Below are positions 8,808 to 17,300 of a stretch of DNA of 35,025 bases, one piece after another. The notes beneath the pieces are model-generated. The model worked only from the letters and a program-made list of their open reading frames with translations. It was not told the DNA's origin and did not search any database. Source of the stretch: a virus (Duplodnaviria; Caudoviricetes); IMG/VR virus record IMGVR_UViG_3300028588_000787, positions 1 to 35,025 of that record; one strand, 5' to 3'. The position numbers and the translations under genes were made by a program. How positions within the stretch are numbered: the first letter of the stretch is position 1; every line of letters starts with the position of its first letter.

Positions 8808-10259
8808 TTACTTTAATTTTGGTGCATCGTTAGCACTGCCATTTTGATATAAGACCGCTTTAATTAAGTTGCCGCTGGCGTCTTCCACGAATTCAAGCTG
8901 AGCATCAACTATTTTCATAAAGAACTTACGCTCGCTCTCGGGAAATAAGGCGATTTTATCCTGCCCGGTCAGCCGGACAAACAACTGATTATTTTCTACA
9001 AACACAGTTAAAACCGCCCCTGGTGCAAGTTGATAATTGCCGGCGTAGCTCTCTAAAACCGAATCAGCAAGTAGCAGAGGCTGCTCAACTTTGGATCGGA
9101 ATAATCCTTTAAACCCGTAAACCTTGGCTACGCTGTTCACAATCTCAGGTATAAGTTCAGTATTCACGGAATTGGTCATAATTACAACGCCGTTGCCACC
9201 GGTTAAACTACCATAATACTGACAATAGTACCCATAAGTCAGACCATCATGTTCAAAGTATTTGGTGCCTTCATAATTGTCGACAAAGACGCCTAACGCC
9301 GCTCTTTTATCATTGTAAGGTGTGAGCATCAGTTTAGCTGTAGCCGGCGACAATATGGTATTGGCGACACCGCGATAGGCCTGCTGCACCGCTATGATAA
9401 ACTTTGCCAGATCAGATGGTGTTGTCCATAACCCGGCAGCCGCTCTTTCCGGATAAAGATGATACTGCCCTTCAACTTCTTTGCCATTCTGATAGTAACC
9501 ACTGGCCAACACCTGTCTTTTGTCTTTAGCGGGCATAGCAAATGTGCTGTTCGTCATTGCCAACGGCTGTAACACCTGCGTCCGCATATACTGTTCATAT
9601 TTCTGGCGGGTAACATCCTCCATAATTAACTGTGAAATCGTAGTGCCTCCACCGGAATACTCATGTCTTTCGCCAGGTGCAAGAATGGAATGAACAGCCG
9701 GTGAGTTGGCTGGTGCCTGCCCCTTTAAGATTTGGACGGTAGACGGTAAGGGCTGACCTTGAACATAGCCGCTAAAGCCTGTAACATTGAGGCCGGCGGT
9801 ATGGCTTAGCAACTCAGCCAGCGTGATACTGCGCCCCTTATATACAGTGTCGTAAGGAAACTTCCACGATGTTAGATAACGATTGATATCAGTATTTAAG
9901 TTGACAAATCCTTTTCGAGCAAGCTTGAGAACTCCTGCAGCATTCAGGGATTTACTAATAGAGCCAGCCTGAAAAAGTGTCTGAGCGGTTACGGGAATTT
10001 TTTTTGAAGCATCAGCCAGTCCATAACCTTTAGCCCATTCCAGCTTGAAATTATGAATTACTGCGATACTTATGCCATTGACTTTGTGATGCGCCATGCG
10101 CTCTTTGATGGTCCAGCCTTTATAATCTTTGGTTCTTACCGGACCCACAAGGTTATTTTCGACCAGACTTATCTTTCTGAGGATTGAAGTGTCCTGAGCA
10201 TTGGCAGATAAGCATGAAAACAAAATCAAAATTAGCGATGGTGATAAAAGCTGCTTCAT
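8808..10259 (-). CDS. Secreted serine hydrolase, beta-lactamase class C/PBP-like family, with DUF3471-like C-terminus
   Basis: Signal peptide; FQAGSISK (SxxK), LLSHTAG, YSG, HDG; C-terminal YAGNYQL..LFPESE..FF. Confidence 0.9.
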   Translation of the reverse strand: MKQLLSPSLILILFSCLSANAQDTSILRKISLVENNLVGPVRTKDYKGWTIKERMAHHKVNGISIAVIHNFKLEWAKGYGLADASKKIPVTAQTLFQAGSISKSLNAAGVLKLARKGFVNLNTDINRYLTSWKFPYDTVYKGRSITLAELLSHTAGLNVTGFSGYVQGQPLPSTVQILKGQAPANSPAVHSILAPGERHEYSGGGTTISQLIMEDVTRQKYEQYMRTQVLQPLAMTNSTFAMPAKDKRQVLASGYYQNGKEVEGQYHLYPERAAAGLWTTPSDLAKFIIAVQQAYRGVANTILSPATAKLMLTPYNDKRAALGVFVDNYEGTKYFEHDGLTYGYYCQYYGSLTGGNGVVIMTNSVNTELIPEIVNSVAKVYGFKGLFRSKVEQPLLLADSVLESYAGNYQLAPGAVLTVFVENNQLFVRLTGQDKIALFPESERKFFMKIVDAQLEFVEDASGNLIKAVLYQNGSANDAPKLK

Positions 10260-10450
10260 GCAATTGTGTAGGTAAAGACTGGTTACTTAAGATTCAATTA
10301 AACCATACAATTTTAAATAATAAGGACTAAAGTTTAAGTGTTTTAACATCCTTTAACATTACCAGGCTGTGCTCAATCGCAATAGACTCGTAAATATCTT
10401 GAATAACGTCTCATTCATCTTATCGCAAACACAAAGCTCAGTTCCATTCA

Positions 10451-10512
10451 GAACCTGTAAAGGGTATATAAACAGCGTCGTCCGCTACGCTACCGCTGCC
10501 CTTTACAGAACC
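10451..10512. repeat. 62-bp palindromic REP/MITE-like element
   Basis: CTGTAAAGGG (10455-10464) / CCCTTTACAG (10499-10508), inner CAGCG/CGCTG stem around CGCTACGCT. Confidence 0.6.
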
Positions 10513-10687
10513 AAGCACACTAGAACGGCGTCTTGATCAACACCCGGAAGTAGCTTTTTAGTCCATAGTAGTAGCGCTGTGAAGCCCTTGGTGTTATTAG
10601 CAAAAGTTTAAAAGCATTGCTTCCTCGTAAATGTACATTGATAGTCAGCTTTGACACATCTACGCCCACAAAGTTTGAGAAGTTCAT
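10513..10687 (-). pseudogene. IS110-family recombinase, N-terminal fragment (frameshifted, truncated)
   Basis: Manual translation: MNFSNFVGVDVSKLTINVHL..AFK / TFANNTKGFTALLLWTKKLLPGVDQDAVLVCL. This is the DEDD RuvC-like start (GxDVSK, FxNxxxG), cut just before the expected E-x-T-G. Confidence 0.85.
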
Positions 10688-10724
10688 AATCAACGGTTTT
10701 AGATGAACAATTAGATTAAAAGAT

Positions 10725-10891
10725 ATGCCGATGACTAATGCCTTTACAAGACCTTAACTTCTACTATTCTAACTGGTCACGACATGATCCTGTGATTCGG
10801 AGCAGAGACTAATACGGCGGATAGGTCGTTAACCTAGCCCTTGACTGAGTTCACACTGTTCCTTATCAACAAGATAGTTACTTTTAACTAC
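10725..10891 (-). ncRNA. Putative IS110 bridge RNA (5' hairpin plus two large internal loops)
   Basis: 5' hairpin 10875-10890. Loop 1 closed by 10856-10862/10799-10805, capped by 10822-10836. Loop 2 closed by 10776-10785/10725-10735. Both loops end in AUUAGUC. Lies directly upstream of the IS110 start. Confidence 0.7.
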
Positions 10892-10894
10892 TGA

Positions 10895-10902
10895 CAAATC
10901 TA
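10895..10902 (-). promoter_or_regulatory. Bacteroidota -7 box (TAGATTTG) in the IS110 left end
   Basis: Matches TAnnTTTG a few nt upstream of the predicted bridge RNA 5' hairpin. Confidence 0.6.
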
Positions 10903-10989
10903 AAGGACACCTTGACGGTAAAGGTTGAGCGGTTTCGGGGGATGAAAAGGCGATTGCCTAGACAGTGTATGAGTGCATTTTAGTTGAAA

Positions 10990-11020
10990 ATTTCATCTTC
11001 GATAAAATCGGAGATGAAAT
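10990..11020 (-). terminator. Strong hairpin, possible terminator of the TAC operon
   Basis: ATTTCATCTTCGAT-AAA-ATCGGAGATGAAAT, 14-bp stem with one non-Watson-Crick position; short T run on the minus strand. Confidence 0.45.
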
Positions 11021-11216
11021 GCCAGTGCTGAGAATAATGAGTTTGGCTTGGTTTTATCGTATATTTTCTGAGGTAGGGTTGAGTCGGGTATGAAATAAAT
11101 GACTCAGTTCTTTGTTGTCTAGGCGGATTAATCTTTTAATTATGATGTGTGGTAAATCTCAAATAGAATCGTTAGATATAAAATAATTAAGTTCAGAAAT
11201 AGCTAAATTTTGAACA

Positions 11217-11678
11217 CTATACCCCCCCATTCTTTGGAGTTGGCGGATAGTTGGGAAAAAAGAAATCGGTTACCTCGGTAGGGTTTACAACAGGAAGCAA
11301 AGCCTCTTGGAATGTCGTTCCTGAAACCAGTTGCGCAATTAAAGCTCTAGCATGTGATATTGACAGACTAACCAAAATTCGCAATGTATCTATGGGGACA
11401 TTAATTTGCGTTTCATTTATAATATAATTCTTTAGGTCGGGTATGTTGAAAGCATTCTGTACATTAAAGTCACCAACTTGGGTTTTAGCATCAGTATCGT
11501 TTTGCATGAAATAACTGATTTTTAAATTGAAGATTAGAATGTTAGCTTCAAGATTAAACTGACTGTTAAGCTGAAATTCCATTTCTATTGGAATATTTGG
11601 AGGTACCCCCGTTTCATTGATCGAACTAGACAAAACCTTAATTCGTTTTATTGAAAACGGTATGAACATTTGATTCAT
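11217..11678 (-). CDS. SecB-like chaperone of a TAC module
   Basis: Four predicted beta strands, then LVSLSISHARALIAQLVSGTTFQEALLPVVNP, resembling the SecB C-terminal helix and LxPVN; third gene of a coupled triad. Confidence 0.7.
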   Translation of the reverse strand: MNQMFIPFSIKRIKVLSSSINETGVPPNIPIEMEFQLNSQFNLEANILIFNLKISYFMQNDTDAKTQVGDFNVQNAFNIPDLKNYIINETQINVPIDTLRILVSLSISHARALIAQLVSGTTFQEALLPVVNPTEVTDFFFPNYPPTPKNGGV

Positions 11679-12121
11679 TATGAAGCAATTAGATTATATT
11701 CGTTATTACTGAGGTTAGTAGCAACTTTAAAATCACTATGGACTAATTTTAGAGATTGAAATTCCTTGGTAGTGTCATTATAGGAGACAGCATCAGTTTG
11801 TTGCATACTCGTAACCTTATAAGGAATCACTTTTACTTCGGAAATTACGTTTACTTTAACTTTGATATCAAGGTTTAAAGCTCGCTTAATTTTTGCAATA
11901 GTAATGAAATTTAAAGGTTTATCTCCTCTAAACACTTGTGTCAAGTAGCTTGGTGAAACATCTATTTTGTTGGCTAAATCTTTTTTGTTAATTCCTTCGA
12001 AACGGAAAATACGTTCTATTTCTGAAAGATAATTTGCTTTTAAAATATCGGCGTCTTCGATTATTAGTTCTTCCTCGCTTTTACTGTTGAAAAGCGCTTT
12101 AAACTTATCTTTAATTTCCAT
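11678..12121 (-). CDS. XRE-HTH antitoxin (HigA-like) with C-terminal extension (candidate chaperone-addiction tail)
   Basis: GINKKDLANKIDVSPSYLTQVFRGDKPLNFITIAKI HTH plus a ~55-aa tail. Confidence 0.8.
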   Translation of the reverse strand: MEIKDKFKALFNSKSEEELIIEDADILKANYLSEIERIFRFEGINKKDLANKIDVSPSYLTQVFRGDKPLNFITIAKIKRALNLDIKVKVNVISEVKVIPYKVTSMQQTDAVSYNDTTKEFQSLKLVHSDFKVATNLSNNEYNLIAS

Positions 12122-12509
12122 CTTCTTTTTTGATATCGTAGGTAAGTGTCTTCAAGGAGTCGATTTTAGACTGAATTATTTTCCCTATTGCGCGTGTTTT
12201 CTTGTGCGCTATTTTTGACATAACAACGCAAAATAATTCATCATTAATTAAAATTTCTTTACAATATATCCTAACATTTATACCATTGGGGAAAAATCTC
12301 ATGCAGGTTATATTACCCTCAATTTGTTCATAATCATCGTAGTACATAAAGGATTGCTCTAAAATCCTATTTACGATGTAATTAAATTTTTTTTTGTGCT
12401 TTTCATTACTTAAAAAAGCTAATAGCTCATCCTCTTCACTTATATCCATACATATATGTCTATTGAACTGTTTGGACGATTTTATAACAGAGCATTCTCT
12501 TTTCGGCAC
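12111..12509 (-). CDS. RelE/HigB(Gp49)-like toxin
   Basis: Basic 132-aa protein; ITCMRF..NVRIYC..HKKTRAI resembles the Gp49/HigB pattern; overlaps the HTH gene; TAAATTTG box at 12544-12537. Confidence 0.65.
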   Translation of the reverse strand: MPKRECSVIKSSKQFNRHICMDISEEDELLAFLSNEKHKKKFNYIVNRILEQSFMYYDDYEQIEGNITCMRFFPNGINVRIYCKEILINDELFCVVMSKIAHKKTRAIGKIIQSKIDSLKTLTYDIKKEDGN

Positions 12510-12779
12510 GAAATTAAGCTATGGGTTAATTAAAAGCAAATTTATTATCATTGGCGAATAACATCAGTAAACATATGACTTTGTATCAACTATAAGTGAT
12601 TCTAACAAAAAATATCCTGGAAAAGGATTAAAAGATATCTCAATCATCTATCCCTGAAATCATTAAATCATTTTTATTTAGAATATAACCCTGTCAATGA
12701 GCAGGACTTATTTACGCCCCGACCTTTTATTAACGCATTAGAGAAAGCGAGCGGATCAAGTCGCCGGGGCCCATATGGG

Positions 12780-12787
12780 TATCTTTG
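12780..12787 (+). promoter_or_regulatory. -7 box (TATCTTTG) for the tail operon
   Basis: Matches TAnnTTTG 32 nt before the ATG at 12820; no TTTG at the -33 position. Confidence 0.5.
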
Positions 12788-12819
12788 GGTATATCAATAT
12801 ATCAATAAAAACAACAGAT

Positions 12820-13092
12820 ATGCCGTTTAAACCAGGTCAATCGGGTAATATTCATGGAAGACCAATAAAAGAAGCTAAGCCGATAAGCACATTGCAAAAG
12901 GTTCTTTTAAAGGTTGAAAAGGAAATAGAGACATGCACGCCTGAAAAGTCAAGGGAGCTGGTAATTGCTTTAGCTGGTGTTATTAAAGCACAAGCGAAAA
13001 AAATCAAGGCTGATGATTCGGTTTACGCATCATTTAATTTAGAGGTTGACGGCCTGTTTAATATTAATGGCAACCAGGCATCGCAATGTTAA
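12820..13092 (+). CDS. DUF5681-like protein (start revised from 12775)
   Basis: MPFKPGQSGNIHGRP is the FKPGQSGNPxGRP motif seen in phage packaging-region proteins. Confidence 0.7.
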   Translation: MPFKPGQSGNIHGRPIKEAKPISTLQKVLLKVEKEIETCTPEKSRELVIALAGVIKAQAKKIKADDSVYASFNLEVDGLFNINGNQASQC

Positions 13093-13427
13093 TCCATAAC
13101 CCCAAATTACCCGCGTTTATTGATGCCGAAATTAGGCAGTTGGAGTCTTACTCAAAAGATAAGAACGTTCAAAAGCTTAGAGAACGCAGGTTTAATGCTA
13201 ATACTGTTGGGGTTGAAATCTACTATCATAAAACAGGCACAGATTTGTATTTCTGTGATGTAAGGCGGTCATATTACTGGTGGTCAGTTATTGTCAAAGA
13301 AGCATCGGTAAAGATTAACCGGGGTCGTTTATTATACCTGGCTTTAATCGAAAATCAATCCAAAGCCAATTTTATTAGTAGTGTTTATATGCCTACTCCT
13401 ATTTCAACTGACTCATGCAGGAATTAA
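13086..13427 (+). CDS. Hypothetical protein
   Basis: Overlaps both neighbours in the operon. Confidence 0.55.
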   Translation: MLIHNPKLPAFIDAEIRQLESYSKDKNVQKLRERRFNANTVGVEIYYHKTGTDLYFCDVRRSYYWWSVIVKEASVKINRGRLLYLALIENQSKANFISSVYMPTPISTDSCRN

Positions 13428-13927
13428 ACAAACATATTTTAGAGAAAGCACTTGAAGCAGGGATCTGCCTTGACTGGGCAAAAAAGATTTCGGACTCTGC
13501 CGGCCGGGATGAATTACTCACCATGTATGTAAAAGGTATTGACTTTTGCTTAGAGAAAGAGTTTCCATCTAACGAAGACCTTTTAAAGTTTGGTGGTGAT
13601 GACTTGGTAAAGTATGGCATATACGTCAACGGCCAGGCTGATCAAAGCAGAGAGTTTGTTGTACTCTTAGGTGCCAGCTCAGGCAATATCATTATTGATG
13701 GCTATTCGGTCTCACAGATATTTATTAAGCACCAATCAAAGGCACTTGTAGCCGTTAAAGATCACTCCTTTGTCGTTATCGATGTTTTTGATAATAGCGC
13801 CTTATCTGTTAAGGCATCAGGCAACAGCAAGACCTTAATTAACGTGTATGGTAACGCGGTGGTGAGTCACACTGCCATTGATAATGCCAGTGTTAAAATC
13901 GTTCAAAAAAACAAAGCAACATACTAA
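13415..13927 (+). CDS. Bacteroidota phage tail-region protein with short beta repeats
   Basis: AGICLDW..LLTMYVKGIDFC..FPS plus V-x-D-x-S/A repeats; resembles proteins I recall next to tape-measure genes in Bacteroidota prophages. Confidence 0.65.
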   Translation: MQELNKHILEKALEAGICLDWAKKISDSAGRDELLTMYVKGIDFCLEKEFPSNEDLLKFGGDDLVKYGIYVNGQADQSREFVVLLGASSGNIIIDGYSVSQIFIKHQSKALVAVKDHSFVVIDVFDNSALSVKASGNSKTLINVYGNAVVSHTAIDNASVKIVQKNKATY

Positions 13928-13929
13928 CT

Positions 13930-14376
13930 ATGGCCCACTTTGAACCTGATTTTTCTATGGCCGATCTTGATTCCGACTTCAAACAGTTTATATCCGATAT
14001 CGAGAATGATGGTATTACAGCATTGCGCGACACCATGCACATGCTTGTTGATAAGGCAAGAGCCAAATCAGCTCAACCAAATGGCTTTAACAACGTTACC
14101 TACAATTTGAGAGCATCAATTGGCGGCGTTATAGTTAGGAACCGTGCAATAGTTGACACTTATTTTCCACCAATCGGAAAAGGTGATGAGGGCCGCCAAA
14201 AAGGTATTGCATACGCTCAAGAACTTGCTTTACTACAAGAGGACGACAATCAACTACTGGCAATAGTGGTCGCCGGTGAATTTTACTCCGTGCTCGTCGA
14301 GAGATTGGGTAAGGACGTTATCTCGCACGTGATAAGCGACAATTTTTCAGATGAAATTTTAAAACTTTTAAGATAA
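13930..14376 (+). CDS. HK97 gp10-like neck/tail-completion protein
   Basis: NVTYNLRASIGGVIV (cf. TGNLRxSI) and IVVAGEFYSVLVE. Confidence 0.7.
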   Translation: MAHFEPDFSMADLDSDFKQFISDIENDGITALRDTMHMLVDKARAKSAQPNGFNNVTYNLRASIGGVIVRNRAIVDTYFPPIGKGDEGRQKGIAYAQELALLQEDDNQLLAIVVAGEFYSVLVERLGKDVISHVISDNFSDEILKLLR

Positions 14377-14380
14377 AATA

Positions 14381-17300
14381 ATGGGTAATACAGGACGTGG
14401 GCAGTTAGGCTACACTTTTAAAATAAGCACAGAGGAAGCTTTAAAGCAAATTGCAAAGATAAAAGCAGAGCTTAAAGCTACGCGCGAAGCTGGTTTGATA
14501 AAAGCGGGCTACGATGTCAAACCCCTCACTGAATACCAAGCAGGCATATTAAAAATTAAGCAAGAGGTCCTGGCGCTAGCCAAGCAAAAGCAGGATCAGG
14601 CCGCAGCTGATAAATCAGCATCGTTGGCACTGCAGGCTGCTTTACGTGCAGAGGCTGAGACAAGGCGTGCCACTGCTGCTGCGGAGAAGAAAGATAAGCA
14701 GGACGCTATTGCATTGTCTAGACAGTTGGCTAATGAAGCTAATACCAAGCGAAAAACGCCAGATTTGTCTTTTGCTCAAACGCAAATTGATGCGAACACC
14801 AAATTCCTAAATAGTACAATTAGAATGGAATCGGCCATTAATGCCGAAACCGTCGCCAGGGCTAGGTTAAACGCTGAAACAGTAAAGCAAGCGGTAGCTA
14901 ACGGCGGTATAACACCTGCTATCAACGCAAATGCATCTGCTTCACAGACCCAAGCAGTAGCAACCAATAAAGTAACCCTAAGCAAGCAACAATTGCACAA
15001 GCCTTAGCAGAGGAAAAATACCGCCAACAACAATCCACTGCAGAGCTAAAGAACAACTCGCGCGAAATGTTGAACGCAAAGGGTTCCTTGGAGCAAAGGC
15101 GTGCGGCATTAATTCGATTGACCGCTGTTTATGATAGACTTTCCGCTGCCGAAAGAAACTCAGCATCTGGTACCCGGATGGCAGGTATCATAAAAGGCAT
15201 TACCGATCAGGTACAAGCTTTAGAGGTCGCAACAGGTCGCTCACAACGTAATGTTGGTAATTATGGCGATGGGGTTTCAGCTTTCTTTAGTTCTATCAAG
15301 AGCAACATTCTTTCTACAATTGGCCCGATCGCACTTATAACCGCTGCATGGTCCGCCGCCAAAGCTGCTTTTTCACATAACGTTGAAATATCAGATAGCT
15401 TTGTTGATGTACAACGTACCGCTAAGCTATCAGGAGATCAGGTTGATGAGCTGGGAGAAAAGTTAAAAAAGATTAATACCCGTACCAGCCTTGAGGGTCT
15501 TTTAGATATCGGCTTCATTGGTGGTAGGTTAGGTGTGGCCAAAGAAGATTTGGTTGGCTTCATTACTACTGTTGACCAGTTGTCTGTTGTTTTAAAGAAA
15601 GAGTTTCCTGGCGGTGCCGATGCGGTTGCAACTGCCTTAGGTAAAATTATATCAGTCTACAAGATAACGCAAAAGGAGGGCATTACCCTTGAACAAGCTT
15701 TAAATAATACAGGTAGTACATTCTTAGAGTTAGCCCACAACGGCCAGGTAACAGTTCAATACCTGCAAGACTTCTCGCTTAGAACTGCCGGGGTTGCTCA
15801 GATTGCAAAGATCTCACTCCCAACAATGCTTGCCTATGGTGCGGTATTGTCACAGGCTGGTATCACTGCTCAGGTTGCAGGTTCATCAGTTACTAGGTTA
15901 ATCTCCTCACTTTCTACTAAACGCGACAAGTATTTCGCTATCGCTCAATTAGCGGATAGTACCCTGACTATTGAAAAGTTTACAAACCTAATCAATACCG
16001 ATACTAAGTCTGCATTAGAATTATTCTTTCGAGGCTTAAAGGCCGGTAATCCAACTCAAACTGAATTTGGAGATAGGCTGAAAACCTTAGCATTGACAAC
16101 CGGTGCCGCAAAGAATGCTGTTATCGCTTTGGCTGAGAATCAAGATCTGTTATTTGAGAAAACCCGGATAGCTAATAAAGCTAATGAAGACGGAACCAGC
16201 GTTGCCCACAACTTTGAGTTGGCTAATAATAGCTTAGCTGCCAGCTTTGAAAAGATAGGAAACGCTATTGCTAATTCGTTTACAGATTCTGCCTTTGCAC
16301 GTAAACTGGCCGAACTGTTGAATAGTTTAACCGATAATAGATCTGAGGCAGAGAAACTGGCTGCTGAATTTGCTAATAATAAAAATAAGGCGATTGAGCT
16401 TGATAGTACTTTGAAACCATTGGTTAAACGTTATGACGAACTTAAAAAATCTGGAAAGCTTAACTCTGATCAACAATTTGAACTTAGAGATATCACCGCT
16501 AAGATTGGCGATCTATTACCGGGGGTAACGACAAAATTCGATGATTATAATAGATCACTTGAAATAAACCGGGGTAAAGTTCAGGAGTTAACTAAAGCTC
16601 AACGAGAATTTTTAGAACTGCAAAACAGAGGTGCATTAAAAAAAGCTAATGAGCAATTCGAGAGCGCGGAAAACCTATTGCCAAATGCCAGAAAGGTAAA
16701 AGAAGAATATAAAAGTGCGCCGAAGGGTTTCTTGGGAAACCTTAACAATGCTGTTGCTAAGGCTGGATACTATTTTGGCTTTGAAGGTATTAGAGAACAA
16801 CAGGCTGAAATATTTAAAGACAATGTAACGAATTTAGCTAAATCGCAATACGATGCCGCACTGGCAATACGCTCATTAGGAGGCGAATTAACTAAAGCTC
16901 AGCAAAAGGTTATTGACATGGTGGAGGGCAACACCAAAAAGATTGAAAAGAAAAAAGATGTAATTATAACCGGCGATGGCACCATTGCCGACGAGACAGA
17001 GACCGCTCGTACTACAGAGGTTATCAAGGCTGATATCAAAGCCTTGCAGGAAGCTGATAAAAAGCTCGCTGTAACGAGTGATGAGTTCAAAAATAACATT
17101 GCCAAGATCAAAGAATTAAGAAAAGAGCTTAGGATTGCGCTTAATGGCGGGGTTGATCCGGATGCCGTAAAAGCAGCAAGCCGTGAAGAAAATGTTGAGC
17201 AAAGCCTGTTTAAAAAACGCAATACTCTTCAAAAGGAAATTGATGCTATGGTTGCCGCATCAAAGCGTAAGCAACTAACCGCTGACCAGGAAGAGATTGA

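Noticed and set aside
8808-10259. Calling the serine hydrolase an antibiotic resistance gene
   Set aside because: It has YSG and HDG rather than the AmpC YxN and KTG motifs; the family is mostly peptidases and esterases.
10775-11155. Large plus-strand nested ncRNA suggested by ACACTGT/ACAGTGT and ACTGAGT/ACTCAGT long-range matches
   Set aside because: The short matches cross the inferred IS110 boundary; the minus-strand bridge RNA model explains promoter, structure and junction better.
14381-15067. Programmed gpG/gpGT-type tail chaperone frameshift
   Set aside because: No XXXYYYZ slippery site at the break, and the upstream ORF reads as the TMP N-terminus, not a chaperone.
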